A DNA stretch of 64,000 nucleotides. Origin: Octopus vulgaris. Its lineage: Eukaryota. Positions within the stretch are counted from its first letter, which is position 1. Each line of letters begins with the position of its first letter. A program made the position numbers and the translations under genes. The notes below the pieces were generated by a model. That model made no database searches, had not been told where the DNA came from, and saw only the letters and a list, made by a program, of their open reading frames with translations. Positions 44,156 through 59,291 of the stretch are shown in pieces. Where the stretch lies: contig OX597816.1 of assembly GCA_951406725.2 (NCBI GenBank), positions 115,878,001-115,942,000 on the forward strand. Reading direction: 5' to 3'.

Positions 44156-45447
44156 TCTTTGGAGATATTATCAAAGAAGACTGTTTAAAAGAAAGGGTGG
44201 GATTTACATCGAGACGCACGTTGACATCAACGATAACACAACACATTAATAAAATAGAGAACGGTAAATAACGATGAAACCAACAACAAAAGAGTGATTG
44301 CTAAGATGAAGCTAAACATATTCAGCGACTCGGAGTATCCTCCACTTAATATTGGTTACCCTAACATAGCTGTTTTTGCCATTAGCCTACGGCTATATGA
44401 TTAGGGTTGGTCATTTAACTGTATCTATTTTGTCATTCACCCACCGTTCATTAAAGTGACTGAATGTCTGCACGTTCCTCTCTACTCTAATTTTCCTTTT
44501 TATCTGGGACATGAAAAAATTGAGGGAATAACCTGAAAGGAAAAGCATCTGTTCTCTAACCTTTCGAATACATTGACAATATTTGAAGGAAGTCATTAAT
44601 GTTGTCCATTATGCTTCCTGCATATCACCTATATATACTCTGGCCAACAATGGTCATTAAAAAGGAGTAGATTTATTGTATGTATTGCAACAAAATTTTC
44701 CCAAGGTACTGGAGAAAATTTCGAATAGCAAAAGTGTAAGCCCAAAAGAGAAGTAAAAAAAAGGGTATACTAATAGCACATAAACCAACCCTAGTAAACA
44801 ACCGTAATGGTATTTCCATACATTCGCTGGTGTGTCTATAAATATAAAGTTATTTCTGGTCTCGATAAAAAAATATCCAGTCTAAACAGGGAATCAGAAA
44901 CTAAAACGCTTGTAATAAATAAACAAGGCTTTTCCACCAGATATATTAAAATGAACAACAGCAGCTCCTACAAAGGATTTGGCAAGTGCCGTCTGCTTGG
45001 TGTATTTTCTGAAACAACGCACTATACTGTTTCATGACATTCTGCAATAGCTCCAACAAAATAGTCTTGGAAATCCAATTACGTAAAATGGATTATTTTA
45101 AAAATACGGTTAGATCTCCAGAAGACATAATTAAAACATTATTTTCCATGAGAAAAAGAAAATAGTGAATTAATTATCCACATACTAGGAGCAAATGACA
45201 AATATTTGTTTAGAGATAAACTCAAATCTGGATTTACATCTACATAACTGTTGAATTAAGCGTGAATCTTTTTGTTTGCAGCTAATGATCGGTATTTTTG
45301 TTAACTTTGAATATCTTCGTTAATCTTGGACATAATTCATGCATTTTCCTAAGATGTAGTCATTTCGTCTTTTAAACAGAAATTCTAATTGTATTTCTCA
45401 AACCTCGAATGCTAATAGAACAACGAAACAACAATAATAGCTGTTTC

Positions 45448-45840
45448 AAATTTTGGCGCACAGGGAAAGGTGATTATTCGGTAAAACCGCCCTCAGTACT
45501 TTACTGGTACTTTCTTTGTCTTATTGACTTCAGACAGATATCAAGTCAGATCCTAGAGAAGCGGAAGAAATATCGCATCACGATCTTTTTTAACGCTCTA
45601 CTCATTCTGTCAGTTCTCTGTCTTTAATAATAGATTCTAATGTAAGTATGAGGTCAGAAATTTTTGAGGAGAATGAGTTAGTCCATAGCATCAACACAGT
45701 ACTTGACTGGTTCTTTATTTTATCGACCCTGAAAGATGCAATGCATACTCGAAATTGGCGAAATTTGAACTCAAAATGTAAAGCGCTGTAGGCAATAACA
45801 GAAGTATTTCGTCTGACGCTCTTATGACTCTGCCAATCTA
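45448..45840 (-). mobile_element. Two diverged family A SINE copies
   Basis: cagtacttgactgg..tatcgaccctgaaagatg..aatttgaactca core sequence. Confidence 0.7.
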
Positions 45841-47059
45841 CAGGCATATCAGAGACCGAAAGGAAGTTGATTTTAGGTAATAGAATACAGTTAAAGTAAT
45901 CGTGATAATATTATCAACAAGTCGCACAGAGATTTAGCAAGACGGGACAGGAAAATGAGAAAAATAATGACTATATGTCTATGCCACCCAGAATCTGATA
46001 CTGAAATATTATATTTAACACGATTGCAACTAGAAAATTGCTATACAATATATTTTGCGATAAAATTATATGTATTAAAAAGCTAAAGGAAGTCTAATAT
46101 AAGTGGCAACAAAACATAAGCGGGTGTCTCAGAATATCAAGAATGCATGTATACTGGTATGGACTAAGATTGTGACACATTCGGATATTTCTGCCGAGTG
46201 ATCAAGAGCAGCCGACTGGGATGCTGACATATATAAGAAAGAGTCTGAGGTGACAGATAACTGAATGAAAAATAAAGAAACAAAAGCAGGAATCAAATTC
46301 ATAAAAACTGAAAATAAAACATCATAATTCTACTTGGCAAGTAATATCCATAAAGGCTCACTTGACAAAATAGAACAAATGAGAAGAGAATAAATAAAAT
46401 GTTCTGCATTGGCTGAGATTGAAGGCTTTTTGATTTGTGGTATCCCGCCAGTAGGAAGTACCAAAGTATGTAACGAAACAGAATACAATCCGTAAAAGCA
46501 GAACAAGTGGAGACTGGAAAGAAGCTACCCAATTTTAGCTAAAAGAGATTATAAAGAGGGAAACTAGTAAGATGTATGGGATTTTACACAGTTAAAAAGC
46601 ATATAATTATGAAATATCAATGCAAAAGCATTGCTTCAACATACATTTGAAAATTTTTAAAGAAGTAACCATACTCTGAGATATGTAAATTCAAGCAGAG
46701 ATGTTAAGACTTATAGTCTGGGTATTATAGTGGACAGATGCCAAGGACAAAGCTGTATTCCGATCGATGTATTAGTCCCATCATACGATAATTTGACTCT
46801 AAGAAAGGTAACTTTTCCACCAAGAATAACTTGAAGTAAAGATTACCAAAATGTGACAACTGATAACGGAATAAATGTCTATAATAATAGGCGTTTTGGA
46901 AAGATTTAAAAAATAAAAGAAAAATCATGCAGATGCAACCAGACCCCATATACATAATATACAAGACATGCTGATGGATATACATACACATATACACAAC
47001 ATGCAGAAACAAAAAAGCCATAACAATATTCCACATATAATGGATGAAAGCAATACTTT

Positions 47060-47915
47060 CAGGTGTGCTTATCTGGTACTTATTTTATCAACCCCAAAAA
47101 GGATTAAAAGCAAATTCGACCGTGGCTGAAAACAGTAAGTAAAGATTCAGAAAAAATACCGCAAGACAATTTTTTCAACGTTTTAACGATTTTGCCAATC
47201 CACCGTCATTTTGAATATTATTGCTGATTTGGACACAAAGCCAGAAGTTTTGAACGGTGGATTAAGTCGATACCACCGATCCCAGTATTTGAGTGGTACA
47301 ATATTTTATCGATCATGGACGGATGAATGGCAAATTTGACCATGCAGTAAAATAATCTCAAAACTCAGAGAGTCGAAACAATTACCGCAAAGTACTTTTC
47401 CAACCCGTAACGATTCTGATAATTCGCCATCTTTGATTTCTATCAAGCAAAATGCCAGTAATTTTGGGAACGGCTTAGACCAGTGGTTCTCAATCTGGGT
47501 GCATACGTTCCCTGGGGATCTACAATAGTTTTTTGAGGGCCCCTGGAAAAATTTTGCTTTATGAAACAGCTTTCTTTCTCCAACATTTTACGTAGTTCAT
47601 CCAACACAAGTTAGTGATAAACAAAATGGTACTTTTGAAAAGTGTTTCTACAAAACTAGTTTTGAAATACCGAATGGCTATGCAGGTCAGCCAGAATAAA
47701 ATATTAATCAAAGGCGTTTATAGATTTCTTTTTAATGGTTGCGAACTCCTGGGTTAGACGATCAAATCAGCTTCAATACTTGACTGACACTTATTTATTG
47801 GCCTCGTGTGGATAAAAGACAAAACAACTTCGACAAGATTTGAACTCAGAATGTAAGATAACTGAATACTGACAAGCATGTTAGTCCTCCGATGGACCGC
47901 TTCTGCCAACCAGTT
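47060..47915 (-). mobile_element. Three diverged family A SINE copies, the third interrupted by a MITE
   Basis: Core motifs at about 47070-47125, 47260-47345 and 47775-47855. Confidence 0.7.
47481..47751. mobile_element. hAT (Charlie-like) MITE
   Basis: TIRs cagtggttctcaa / ttgcgaactcctg; 8-bp TSD gcttagac / ggttagac (7 of 8 match). Confidence 0.8.
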
Positions 47916-48069
47916 GCATATGTAGAGGACCATATATTTTTATGGCCCTTAATCGATTGAATCGAAACTGACTGGTATTTTATTAATCACTAAAGAGTGG
48001 AAGGCATATAATATATCAGCTATCACCCTGACAGCAATATTAATACTCTTGATAATTTAGTTAAATTCA

Positions 48070-48432
48070 AAGGCGGCAAGTTGGCAGAAACGTTAGCACG
48101 CCGGGCGAAATACTTATAGGTATTTCGTCTGCCGCTACGTTCTGAGTTCAAATTCCGCCGAGGTCGACTTTGCCTTTCATCCTTTCGGAGTCGATATAAT
48201 CGACTTAATCCGTTTGTCTGTCCTTGTTTGTCCCCTCTGTGTGTAGCCCCTTGTGGGCAGTAAAGAAATAGGTATTTCGTCTGTCTTTACGTTCTCAGTT
48301 CAAATTCCGCCGAGTTCAACTTTGCTTTTCATCCTTTCGGGGTCGATAAATTAAGTACCAGTTGCGTACTGGGTCGATCTAATTGACTGGACCTCTCCCC
48401 CAAAATTTCTGGCCTAGTGCGTAGAGTAGAAA
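48070..48432 (+). mobile_element. Dimeric family A SINE, well conserved
   Basis: Head ggcggcaagttggcagaaacgttagcacgcc, B-box gagttcaaattcc, core gcctttcatcctttcgg, internal linker, then a second B-box and core. Confidence 0.92.
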
Positions 48433-51400
48433 AGAATAATTTAGATACGTTCTATATTTCTTCCATAAAAAACGATTTTCGTTAATCACACCTGCAATGA
48501 GTGTCTGCAGTATAGTAGGACTGAAGTGAGTAACTATCCAAAGGCAGACTTGACACATTTTGTTATTCAAAATGGACTATAGAAATAAATAGAGAGAACT
48601 TTATGTATGTAAAATACTAGAGTAACTTTACTACGAACTAACAGAATGTTTCAAAACAGATTTGGCATCAATCTCTTGGCAGGCAAATACATTAGAGAAA
48701 TTACTTTTCTATTAAATAAGAATAAAAAATATTAAATTTCCTTGTGTCACTGGGACCATGCTATTGAGATTAATCTGATACATACACCACTCGTTTCCCC
48801 ATTCCACCCTTTCTCCTTTTCTTTCTTTCTGGTTTTCTAACATGGCAAAGTAGTTTCCATGACTATATATGTATTAAATAGCATTATAGTAACTTTATTA
48901 CCAACACGACCAGCCACTTGTGAAAAATCAACAAAATCAGGTTATATTATATTATTATTATTTATATTTCTCTGTCTCTGAGGACCGATGCAGGTGATAT
49001 CAATCTTGTTTTCAGGTCGAGTAAACGTGCCCTTTAACCAAAGCAAACTAACAGAAGAAATACGATTGACCAATCTTTCATGGGAAGGTAGTGAGACTAC
49101 TTCCCCGATAGAAGTTTCTTTAAATATACCCAAAACATACACTGTTTTCTTTTCTCCATCTCAAATTCGATAAATTTTTCCCTCATTCTCTTCAGTAAAT
49201 TATCCCCGTTATTACTCAGACACCTTTCCCATGCGAAATACAAGCTGACTGACGCAAGCAATAACTTAGTCGTTTCTTCAAACAATACAGTTACAGAACT
49301 AGAACACATAACCTTATTAATATTTTCATTATTTTCCTTTCATTTGAATATGTTCTCGTTTATAGAAACACGACGTAAATAAGTCTCAACCGCATAAATT
49401 ATATACTCTCAGATCTACAGGTACAACCACTACTCCTGCTCATGATCAGAGATGCACATATTGTCAGCTTCTAAGAGACATGCTCAAATGCTTATGGTCA
49501 AGTAACTGATAATAAAATCTTTGGTATTGAGCAGAGTATTTGTTATAACGAAATTTCTGCTTCAGCAACTCAGCGCTGAATCCGCCTGAAATATAATGGA
49601 GGATAGGTCAATTTCAAAACATTGATATCCAGGTCATAAAAACAAAGTTTTGAAGAGAATAAGAATCATTTTCTTACTAACTAAAGACAAAAATAAATTC
49701 GAATTTTGTTATAGAGTGTTATTCATCGCCTGTGCCGTTAAGAATTGTTCGTTCATTCCTATTCCAGTAAACTCCGATATTCATTAGAACTATTTTAGAC
49801 CTCTCACATGCTTCCTTTTGTACTTTGAATTCTATCCAGTTGACAGTTTTTTCCCCTTTTCGCGAATTTCCTGAGTGAGGATTTACCTACATGAAAAGGT
49901 TCGTATAACGAACCAAAGGAAGAGCTTCTATGCGGTCACTTGATCAGCTGAAAGAAGCAACCAGATATATCTCGCATCAAACACTACCATGGAAATATAT
50001 ATTAGATCACACCGTCCTAAAAGTATATAATCTGAAAACAAAAAGAACAGGATTATCCTAGCTTGAATGCATTTGAAAATATGTCAGCACAGACAGAACT
50101 GAAGTGAAACAAAGCAATTACTGCAACCTTTGCAAACAAACTTATAATAAGGATAGTCAACTAGTTTCATTAAACGCATTTATAACACAAACAGAAGCCC
50201 CTTCGTGGTTTCTTGTCTCCCCAGAAATAGCAACCACAAGCTGTTCCTATCATTCCCTACTTCCTTTAAAAAAAGTGTAGAATGTAATGTGATATAATGT
50301 TAGGTTTCATAATATAGTTTTACGTTCACAGCACCCAAAAATGCCAGACGGTTTAGTCATTGCTGATACGGTCATAGATAAACTGGTCAGGGTGCACCTG
50401 GGGTTAAATAACAACATTATAAGTGTGAGTGTGTGTGTGTACCATACCCACAACACCACACACCTATGTTCTTAATGAACAAACAGCTGAAACCTACACA
50501 TTTTTATTAACGAAAACGAATGCTTGGAATTGCAATTTTTTATGAATTTTCCTTGAAAATCGCAGATACAGCATAGGCAAAATTGCATTCCAATGTCTGA
50601 CTTTCCCTTTTTAGAGCCAGGAAATGCTTGAGTTTTAGCAAATGCTGACATTCTACAAAGTATAAATAGTATTTTTGTCTATGTTCATGTGTGCGGGCGT
50701 GTGTGTGTGCGTGTGTATGTGTGTGTGTATGTGTGTGGTTGGACTTGTACATGTTAGCATAATTGTGTGTTCGTATGTATGTGTGTGTATGTGTGTCATA
50801 AATGTATGTGTGTGTGCATGTAGAAGAAAACATTCTTCTTCATATTGAATCAGGCCTACCAAACTGCCTTTACTGTATGTATCATTGTAAATTCCTGGTT
50901 TACATGCTTGAAAAAGATTGCACAATCTTTGATATGGATAGGATTTCTCAGTATCATATTGGCAAAACTACAAGGCCTGATGTAAATCTGGAACAACGTC
51001 TTGTAATTTCAGAAGAACAAAAATCGTCTACAAACGCTCTAACATCTCTGCTAATCTACTCCACGAATGCTGAGAAAATCACCGTCCGAAATTTGTTGAA
51101 CAGATCAAATTTCGCTGTGTTGTCACTTCTAAGTTTCCGTTGCAATGGAAAAATTTTCGGGAGTTGGTAACTTATACTTTATAAAGTATAATAGCTAAAA
51201 TGTCAGTACATACAAAATTTGAAAAGAAAGCGCATTGTTTTGTTAACTGGTTATTTCACTCTAACCATTGAGTAGATGTCGCTGTACATCACAGCGATTC
51301 ACAGTGAAAGACGGGACCGAAACCGGTTGCTGTTTCGATTGATGTAAATTGATCAAGGTCCCACGATGTCAGGTTCCTAATCCAACATCTCGCTATGATG

Positions 51401-51539
51401 TATTGCGTGAAGTGGATGTTGGCCTGGAAAGATCTGAGATGTTACGTGTTTGTGCACCATCGGTCAGACTATTGACGACAAATACCAACGTTTTAGTTAA
51501 ATTTTCAACGTAATATACTTTGCGTCCTATCCCATCAGT

Positions 51540-52900
51540 ACCATCTCTCCTCAAGTCAAAGAACTGGGAATTCTCATGTTTGCAATCAGCTGCCGTTGAT
51601 ATCTGACAAGTTGCATCCAAACATACCGAGCATATAAAAGTACGACAGACCATCTAAACTCGCTGATGTTCCCCCGTGCAGCCAATTACCGCTTTCTGTA
51701 TCTCCGAGGTTGTTATCGGCATTTCGACTCTTTTGAGGAGAGTCTGGGTAGACCTTTGGGATACGCAATTAAATCCGTTCTGCATTTGGGTCCGCCATTC
51801 ATTCCGAATAGTCGAGAAAGTGCTACTGAAAAGCTATACACACCAGCTTGGCGTCGAGTAGTATGCCCTCATTGCAGTCTACAAAAGACTTAAATGTGGT
51901 TTTGTTTCGACATTGCAATTCCGTCACTTAAACCTAGCGAAAGGTTTTCTTCCTCTTAACTCTGTGACAACACAGCCTTCGTGCTTCACATTCTCAAGTG
52001 AACGAGCATACGTTGTTGGCCACCGCTCTTGTCAACGCCCTTTAATTGACTTGTTAATCAGGTCCCTGCCTACGAAGCTTTTCCACTCCAACCATACAGA
52101 TCAATAATTTGTGGTCGTCGTAGCCAACTATTTTAAGCTGTGCACATCCTATACTATACGTATCTAGTGACCTACAGAATATTCTATTTAAATATGATAT
52201 AGAAGATGTTTACATTTTTTACATTTTTACATGTTTACATTTACGCCTTCGAAAAATCCACTCGGTACTTGTCAGACAATGAGAAATATCTAAACAATTT
52301 TGTGAGACTTTTGCACTCCTTTCTTCTATCATCTAACCCCTCTCGAGCGTCTCAGTCACCCACCAATACTAAAGAGAAGGATATCCCTAGGAAGTCTTTC
52401 AGACGCCCGAATAAATCTGGTTTAGTGACCAGTGTCAAAGCGTACAGTTACTAACGTGAATGTAACCTTTTCTCTGCTGCTCACGTAAAGAACCAGCAAC
52501 TGACCATCTGGGTTAATGCATATTGTTTGTATCGTCGGATCCAGACCTTTTTGAAACAATACAGCCACTGTATCTCCCATTCCTGGTTGAAAGTGGGTGT
52601 GAATGCTTGTGATTCAGAGATTCATGTCTCGTGATCGCACCACATCCTTATCAATTAACTGAATGTTGTTGAGCCGGTGTCCCTGCTTCCATTGTCGCTA
52701 CAGGACTCGTGCATTTTTATTACTTATTTTAAGTAAGACCTTTTGACAACAGGATGAAGGCGGGAAAATACCATTTACCTTAATCCTTTGGAGAGACAGG
52801 TACTCCATTCCTCCGGCTGGCTTTGGGTATCTTCACAAGAAATTCTATATATAGTCTTCTGTTTGTATTTCCCGTAAATCGGTATCTGTGTGAAATCTTT
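51540..52900 (-). mobile_element. Decayed L1/Tx1-clade LINE fragment (possible ORF1 end, APE end, pre-RT region)
   Basis: Minus-strand pieces YDDHKLLIC..RQGP (APE end), AFQ*HF.RLFG, GLPRLSSKES, PITTSEIQKA and GTSASLDGLSY (resembling GKSPGLDGLPY). The upstream boundary is uncertain. Confidence 0.7.
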
Positions 52901-55677
52901 AGTTCCTTGTATGACAGTGGAGTGGTTCTGCATTAGTGTTTCGGAGAAGAAAATGACTCAGATTAATCCAAACTTATAGACATGACACACGAAATAGATA
53001 TTTCATTATAAGTTCCTTAAACAAAATTAAGTTTGATCTGAAGGTATACACTCTAATTTGTGCCTTTTCGGTAATAGGCATTTATACAAAATTATTTCCC
53101 TCCTGTTTTACCAATAAGATGTTGCGTTATATTCAGCATGACTTACCTCGGTTCTACTCTGTCGATGTGTTTCTCCACCTCTTCGACATATTTATGCTTA
53201 TGAGATAAGAACAAAACATTTGTGATCTTAGAAAAATACATTTTTTTAATGCGTTTTCACTGCTGTTGCTATTATTGTTGATATTGTCGGTAATTATCGT
53301 CATTGTTGCTGCCGTTATTGCTTTTTTATTGATGTGGCAATGGCATTATTTCTGCTGCTACAGTTGGCAATGCATGACACGATGCTAATAGGATGATTTT
53401 GCAAGATTCTTTGACATGAAATTATTCTTGCTGCTGCTATTCTGGTCGATGTTGTTGTTATAGTTGATAATGCTATTATTGTTACTGCTGTTGTTACTGA
53501 TATTACTTTACTACGTTTGTGGTATTGTACGGTAGAAGGTGACTGCAAAAGAAAATTTCACCTTCAAAACCACCCCCAGTTTTTCTTCCTTTCTCCTCAC
53601 TTGGCAAAGACGACGCCATTCACACAGTTTTTCTGATACTTCAAAACTTTATTGTTCTTTTTAATTTTGCCTTGTTGGCTGAGTAACAAACACTGTTGAT
53701 AAGTCCCTTATGGTGCAGGTCAACTAATAAACAAGTTAAAACAATAAAATCAACAAAAACAGGCTTACAAAGCGGAAAGCAAGGCACAAACTGACGGAGC
53801 TTCCAAGAGGCGTTCAACAACAGCAACGATAATAACAACAACATTAAAGCAATTGGTTCACTTCAGCAGAATTTGAACTTTGAGGATAGTAAAAGGAAAT
53901 TATATACTGTAGGACATTTAGTCTCTCATTCCATTGGTACGGTCCATCTTTTCACCGAACTTAGCTATTTTCGCTGGGATAATAAAAACAACGAAAATTC
54001 CATAAATCTGTCTACGTTATTTATTGTGCTGATCTAATCGGAACTGATTAGATCAGAAATGAAATCCACCAACCTCAACAACTGTGACACTACAAAAACC
54101 ATTCATGCGACAAAAGAAAAGAGATCTCAATGAAATTAAAGAAAAACAAAAAATAACGAATAAAAATGGAAGCTTGATCCTACTTACTGTATGTTTAAAT
54201 TCTAATTAAAAGACCAGAAAAAGAATCGGAGAACCTCTCTCATTGTTTTCTACTTTCCCCGTTTTGTTTTGATCTTTTTTTTTGATTATGTATTTTTATT
54301 TTTTATTTGGTAACGTGGTGGTCCAATTCTTCGGATGCCCCACTTTTTAATTTATTTTATGTATTTTTATTAATTTTATCGCTTTCGGCTTTTTCACCGC
54401 AGTCGGTTTATCAAATGATAGTTAAAACTGAAAGAAATTAAGTAACAAGACTTTATTAATCCCAGCAAAAAACAAAAACAGAAACAAATAATAATAATGA
54501 CACCGCATAGAGCCCTAAAAGAATAATTACCCTCAGGAAAAAAAAATCTCCTCTTATCAGCCTTTCTCCTTCTCAGGAAAAAAGGGACTTGCGTATTTCA
54601 TTTCCTTATTTATTGTGCTTTATTTATATATTTACATAGTTATATATCTAATTAAGTAGTTATTTATGTGTGGCTATGTATTTTACCATTACCATACCTC
54701 TCTTTAAATTCTGGGAGTCAGGAACGAATATTTTTCTCCAGAGGGATATCGGAGTGGCGGTATCATATTACATATTCAGATTATAGTATAAGGAATAAAT
54801 TAAGCACTTTGTTTATATAACAATCGACTTTGTATTTGTATTCGTTCTCTGAACGTTGCTGTTGATGTTGTTATAATGCTTCTGTTGCCACTGCTGCTGC
54901 TGATGTTGTTATTTTGGTTTACTGGATACCACCCTTAATCAAATTTGTTAAACTAACAAAAACGCGAGAAAGATGCTGGTGGGTCAAAGCATTAACTCCA
55001 CCCCGAACTTCTAAGTAGCAGTCGGTAATGACATTATCAATAACAATAGCAACACGAGTTACAACAATAACAATAAGAACAACAACATCAACAACAATAA
55101 GGGATAACCTTCCTTACACCGAGTAATGAAATAAATGGAAGGAAAGGTACGGCAATACCACCAACACCACCACCATCACTATATTAATAGCCGCTTATCT
55201 GAACTTCATTCTACTACCCACCTGCTCTCTCTCTCTCTCTCTCTCTTTCTCGCCCTCTCCCTCTCCCTCTCATAATACATGCAGGCAGATAGACATACCT
55301 ACATATATATGTATATATACATATATATGCATGCATATATATATATATATGTATATATATATAGTTATGTATGTATGTGTGTATGTATACTTATATATAG
55401 AGAGAGATACACATATATATATGTATATAGCAATATATAAATACGCACACAGACATATATATATATATATACATATATCATGACAGTAAGCAAACAAAAT
55501 CGGAAACAAAATATGCACACATTGACCAGTTTATTTTGAGTGAAGAAATCGGTTTCGTAAGAAAATATATAAATGTTAACTTCTGGTTCTCTCCCGCTCT
55601 ATTACCCATAACAATATACACTATCCACTCTTTCTATATCACTATCGCCATATTTATTCACGCACACACGGACACAG

Positions 55678-55729
<52 letters not shown>

Positions 55730-55742
55730 ACACACACGCACA

Positions 55743-55808
<66 letters not shown>

Positions 55809-56435
55809 CACGCTTACATATATAGATAGCAAGCTAATGCCAGATGTTCTACCCTACTCCTCTGGGAGGTAATAGTAATGCTAAGTGCTGAATCTAGGAA
55901 TTTAGTTCTAGAGCAATACAGAATTACCATAGTAACTTACCTAGTTTTGGGTCACATGGTGAGACGATGCCAGACTAGTTTTTGAAAACATCTTCTTGGC
56001 TCTTTTTTCTATTATTCATTCGTTCTTTCCACCTTAATGTGTATATAAGCAGACTGAAAATACGCATGTAAGTACGTATATTTACAAGCACACGCACATA
56101 CGCAAAGAGACATATGCATATATGTATACGCATATATGTAGATATACATGCAAAGATATATGTGTATATATATATATATATATACTACTAATATAGGATA
56201 AAATTTTTTTCAGAAAAAAATTTCATCAAAAGTGGCAGCATATTAAAATACCTTTAAACGTTAAAATTATAAACAACTTATAAACAAGGGCAAAAGAAAA
56301 ATTATTTCTATGCCAATATGCTGATAACAGACTTTAAATCGTCAATTTCCACATTTCATTATACATTCATTATAAATGTAGTTGTTTATATATATATATA
56401 TATAAGTTTATATATATATATATATAAATAAGTTG

Positions 56436-56485
<50 letters not shown>

Positions 56486-56522
56486 AATACATACATATAC
56501 ATATATACATGTACACGCACAG

Positions 56523-56562
<40 letters not shown>

Positions 56563-56599
56563 ATGTGTGTGTGAATTATGTGGAGGAATGTATATCTGT

Positions 56600-57250
56600 T
56601 AAATCAACGATTTCTGCCTGCACTGCAACACTATTCCCCATAACTTCATGACTTTCGGCTTTAGACTTCTCATCTTCATCGTTGTAGCTTTCCCAATTCT
56701 TCTTCAATTCTGATTGTTACATATTCTTGGTTAATAACAAGTAGTCTTTATAGCATACCAATTGTAATGCATGCTCCAATACTTGGACTACCATTTGATC
56801 ACGCTGATCCGTAAGGAACAGCCGATACTTTATTGATTAAATTGTCATTTCAAGTGTCTTAGAATTTTTTACCATGCCTCTACATTGCTTATTGCCACAG
56901 ATCGGCATTCGGTTAGAACGTCCCTATTATTTTACTATATTTAAGCATTCCTGGAATGATAAAACAACATTTGAGAACTGCGAGATTTTACACACAGCGT
57001 AAGAGTCCGGAACATATTCTATATAGTATATTGACTGACCACGAATCTGTCAACAAATTTCGAAAAATGTTATCCCGAATTTTAGATCTTACAAGAAAAG
57101 TTATTTAACTGCAAATGAATAAAATTTTCCAATACAGGTCGAGATAATCCGCAGTGTACTTTATTTTCTACAATGTCTGACCACTTAAAGTTGGTAGTGC
57201 TACAGTTTCTTTGGGCTAGTTTCCTGGAATTTCAGTTCTTAAGGATAAGT
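56600..57250 (-). mobile_element. Possible decayed CR1-like LINE 3' region
   Basis: Weak similarity only (minus-strand VLEHA-type motif near 56770-56790). Confidence 0.3.
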
Positions 57251-57307
57251 GAGTCGATTTTGGAATTGAATATATATTGTCATTATGGTCCTTAATATTC
57301 GTTTCAA

Positions 57308-57475
57308 ATTTTGGCACAAGGCCAGTAATTTTGGGAGTAGGGCAAGTCGATAACATCGACCCCAATGTTCAGCTGGTACTTATTTTGTCGTCCCCGAAAG
57401 GAGGAAGGCAAAGACGGATGAAATGCCGCTAAGCATTTTAACCGGCGTGCTAACATTCTGCCGGATCGCCGCCTC
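57308..57475 (-). mobile_element. Family A SINE with internal deletion
   Basis: Shared tail, core and head sequences. Confidence 0.85.
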
Positions 57476-58559
57476 CATGGTCGTTAAAATTAACGTAGGT
57501 TGTACAAGTGGAAAGGCATGCCACGCACACTGTTTTGCCTCTTAGTTTTAGTTTTTGACATTAATTACAACTGTGTGGAGTCATCTGGTTCATATATATT
57601 TTTGTTTTATTGTCAAGTTTAACGGAGTTGGGAGATTGTCTGAAAGTATTCTTGTGAAATTTTAGGAAATTTTGAAGGAATTTTCGTGATGTCGAACAAC
57701 TCTTTTATCGAGGTGATAAAATTGGATTCAAAGATTCTTATCTCTTGATATGTCAGTATGTATTTGCGGGGAGTGGTGTGTTGCGTGTATTTAGGCTAAA
57801 TTCTTCATCCAGCGCTACCTTTCTTACCAGATATTTCTGAACACAATAGAAGGTTTCCCTCCTCAATCGTTTGGTGACACTTGCAGGTCTCGTAATAAAA
57901 TGCATGGTATAGAATCTTTGAAGCTATTTGATCCATTGAGAGAATAAGTTCAAGAAAATGTCTCCCTCGGTTTGTTTATTATTTTCTTTGTATAGGAAAC
58001 TCAGCCAGATAAGATCGAATATCCATTTGGATTGATATAACTTAATGAAAATTTGATACATAGGAAAGAAATAATTAAAAAAGAGCTGATGATCCATCAC
58101 TCTACAAAAGTTCTGCTTCCATACGACCCTTCCTACGAAAAATAAAATGAATGATTATAGGTCCAGAAATGTCTTATAGTATCAAATACTCAGAAATATC
58201 GTGTTTATTAAATATTGCCGATTAGATACTGCAAAGCAATGAAAATCACTCAAGTATGTATTCCCTATTAAAATGCATCACGTTTCCCTCGCTCATCGCT
58301 TTGTCGCTTGAACGATAATGAGAATTTCTAAATAGGACGAGATTCATAATGAACGTCTTTCAAACATACAAACACTAAATTTGAGACAAGCAAAAAAGGA
58401 AAGGATTGAATGCAATAAAAAATAAAGTCTATAGGTATTGTAAATTGAGCTCATTTCTTCAAGTAATTAGAAGTTTCGCGTTTCCGATGTACACGAAATG
58501 AAGGGTATTTAATAACAAAATGTACGCTCAGCTGTTATTTATATGTATGTATACATGCA

Positions 58560-58619
<60 letters not shown>

Positions 58620-58715
58620 CGTGCGTGAGTCGTCTAATAGACCATAAGTCAAGGAGAAGATTCACTCGTATATCTGTCAGTAGAGTGGGTATATTATTCG
58701 AAATGTGTGTGTATG

Positions 58716-58778
<63 letters not shown>

Positions 58779-58787
58779 ATATACATA

Positions 58788-58822
<35 letters not shown>

Positions 58823-58977
58823 ACATGTATGTATATATATTTGTATATATACATATATGTGTGTGTATATACATGTATACATACGCACGCAAACACATGC
58901 ACATACACAGACGCACACACATATACTTACATACAAAACATGCATACAAATATACATACAAACACACATATAAATAA

Positions 58978-59008
<31 letters not shown>

Positions 59009-59291
59009 AGTTTCAAGTTTACCATCCACAGAAAATGGTGGTGGGGCGGTATTTAGTAACGTGGAATAATATAACCCTATAATATGTGTGTGTGTTTGTG
59101 TGCGTTAATGTTTGTTATGTTTAGTTTTAATAAAAATAATTCCACATTAATATGATGGGTTATTCTATACTTCTGTACAGTACAAATTTATTGTTGTTGT
59201 ACTACAGGATGGTTATATTTTTCCAAGTAAACACATGCACTTTATATTTAGTCTGCACTTTAGCTTTATCATTATTCTTGCAGTTTGTTTT

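Noticed and set aside
44358-44407. Imperfect hairpin (pre-miRNA or Helitron end?)
   Set aside because: The stem is short and bulged, with no recognisable miRNA and no CTRR terminus.
48942-49309. Overlapping short ORFs in non-repetitive sequence (possible exon)
   Set aside because: No recognisable domain or consistent splice pair. An exon cannot be excluded without RNA-seq.
51313-51362. Hammerhead-like GGGACC-GAAA-CCGG-UU ... UUGAUCA-A-GGUCCC
   Set aside because: The 3' half and a possible stem II are present, but there is no valid CUGANGA-type box with a convincing stem I. It is at best a relic.
54029-54056. Perfect 11-bp hairpin
   Set aside because: Plausible by chance in 64 kb of AT-rich DNA, with no supporting context.
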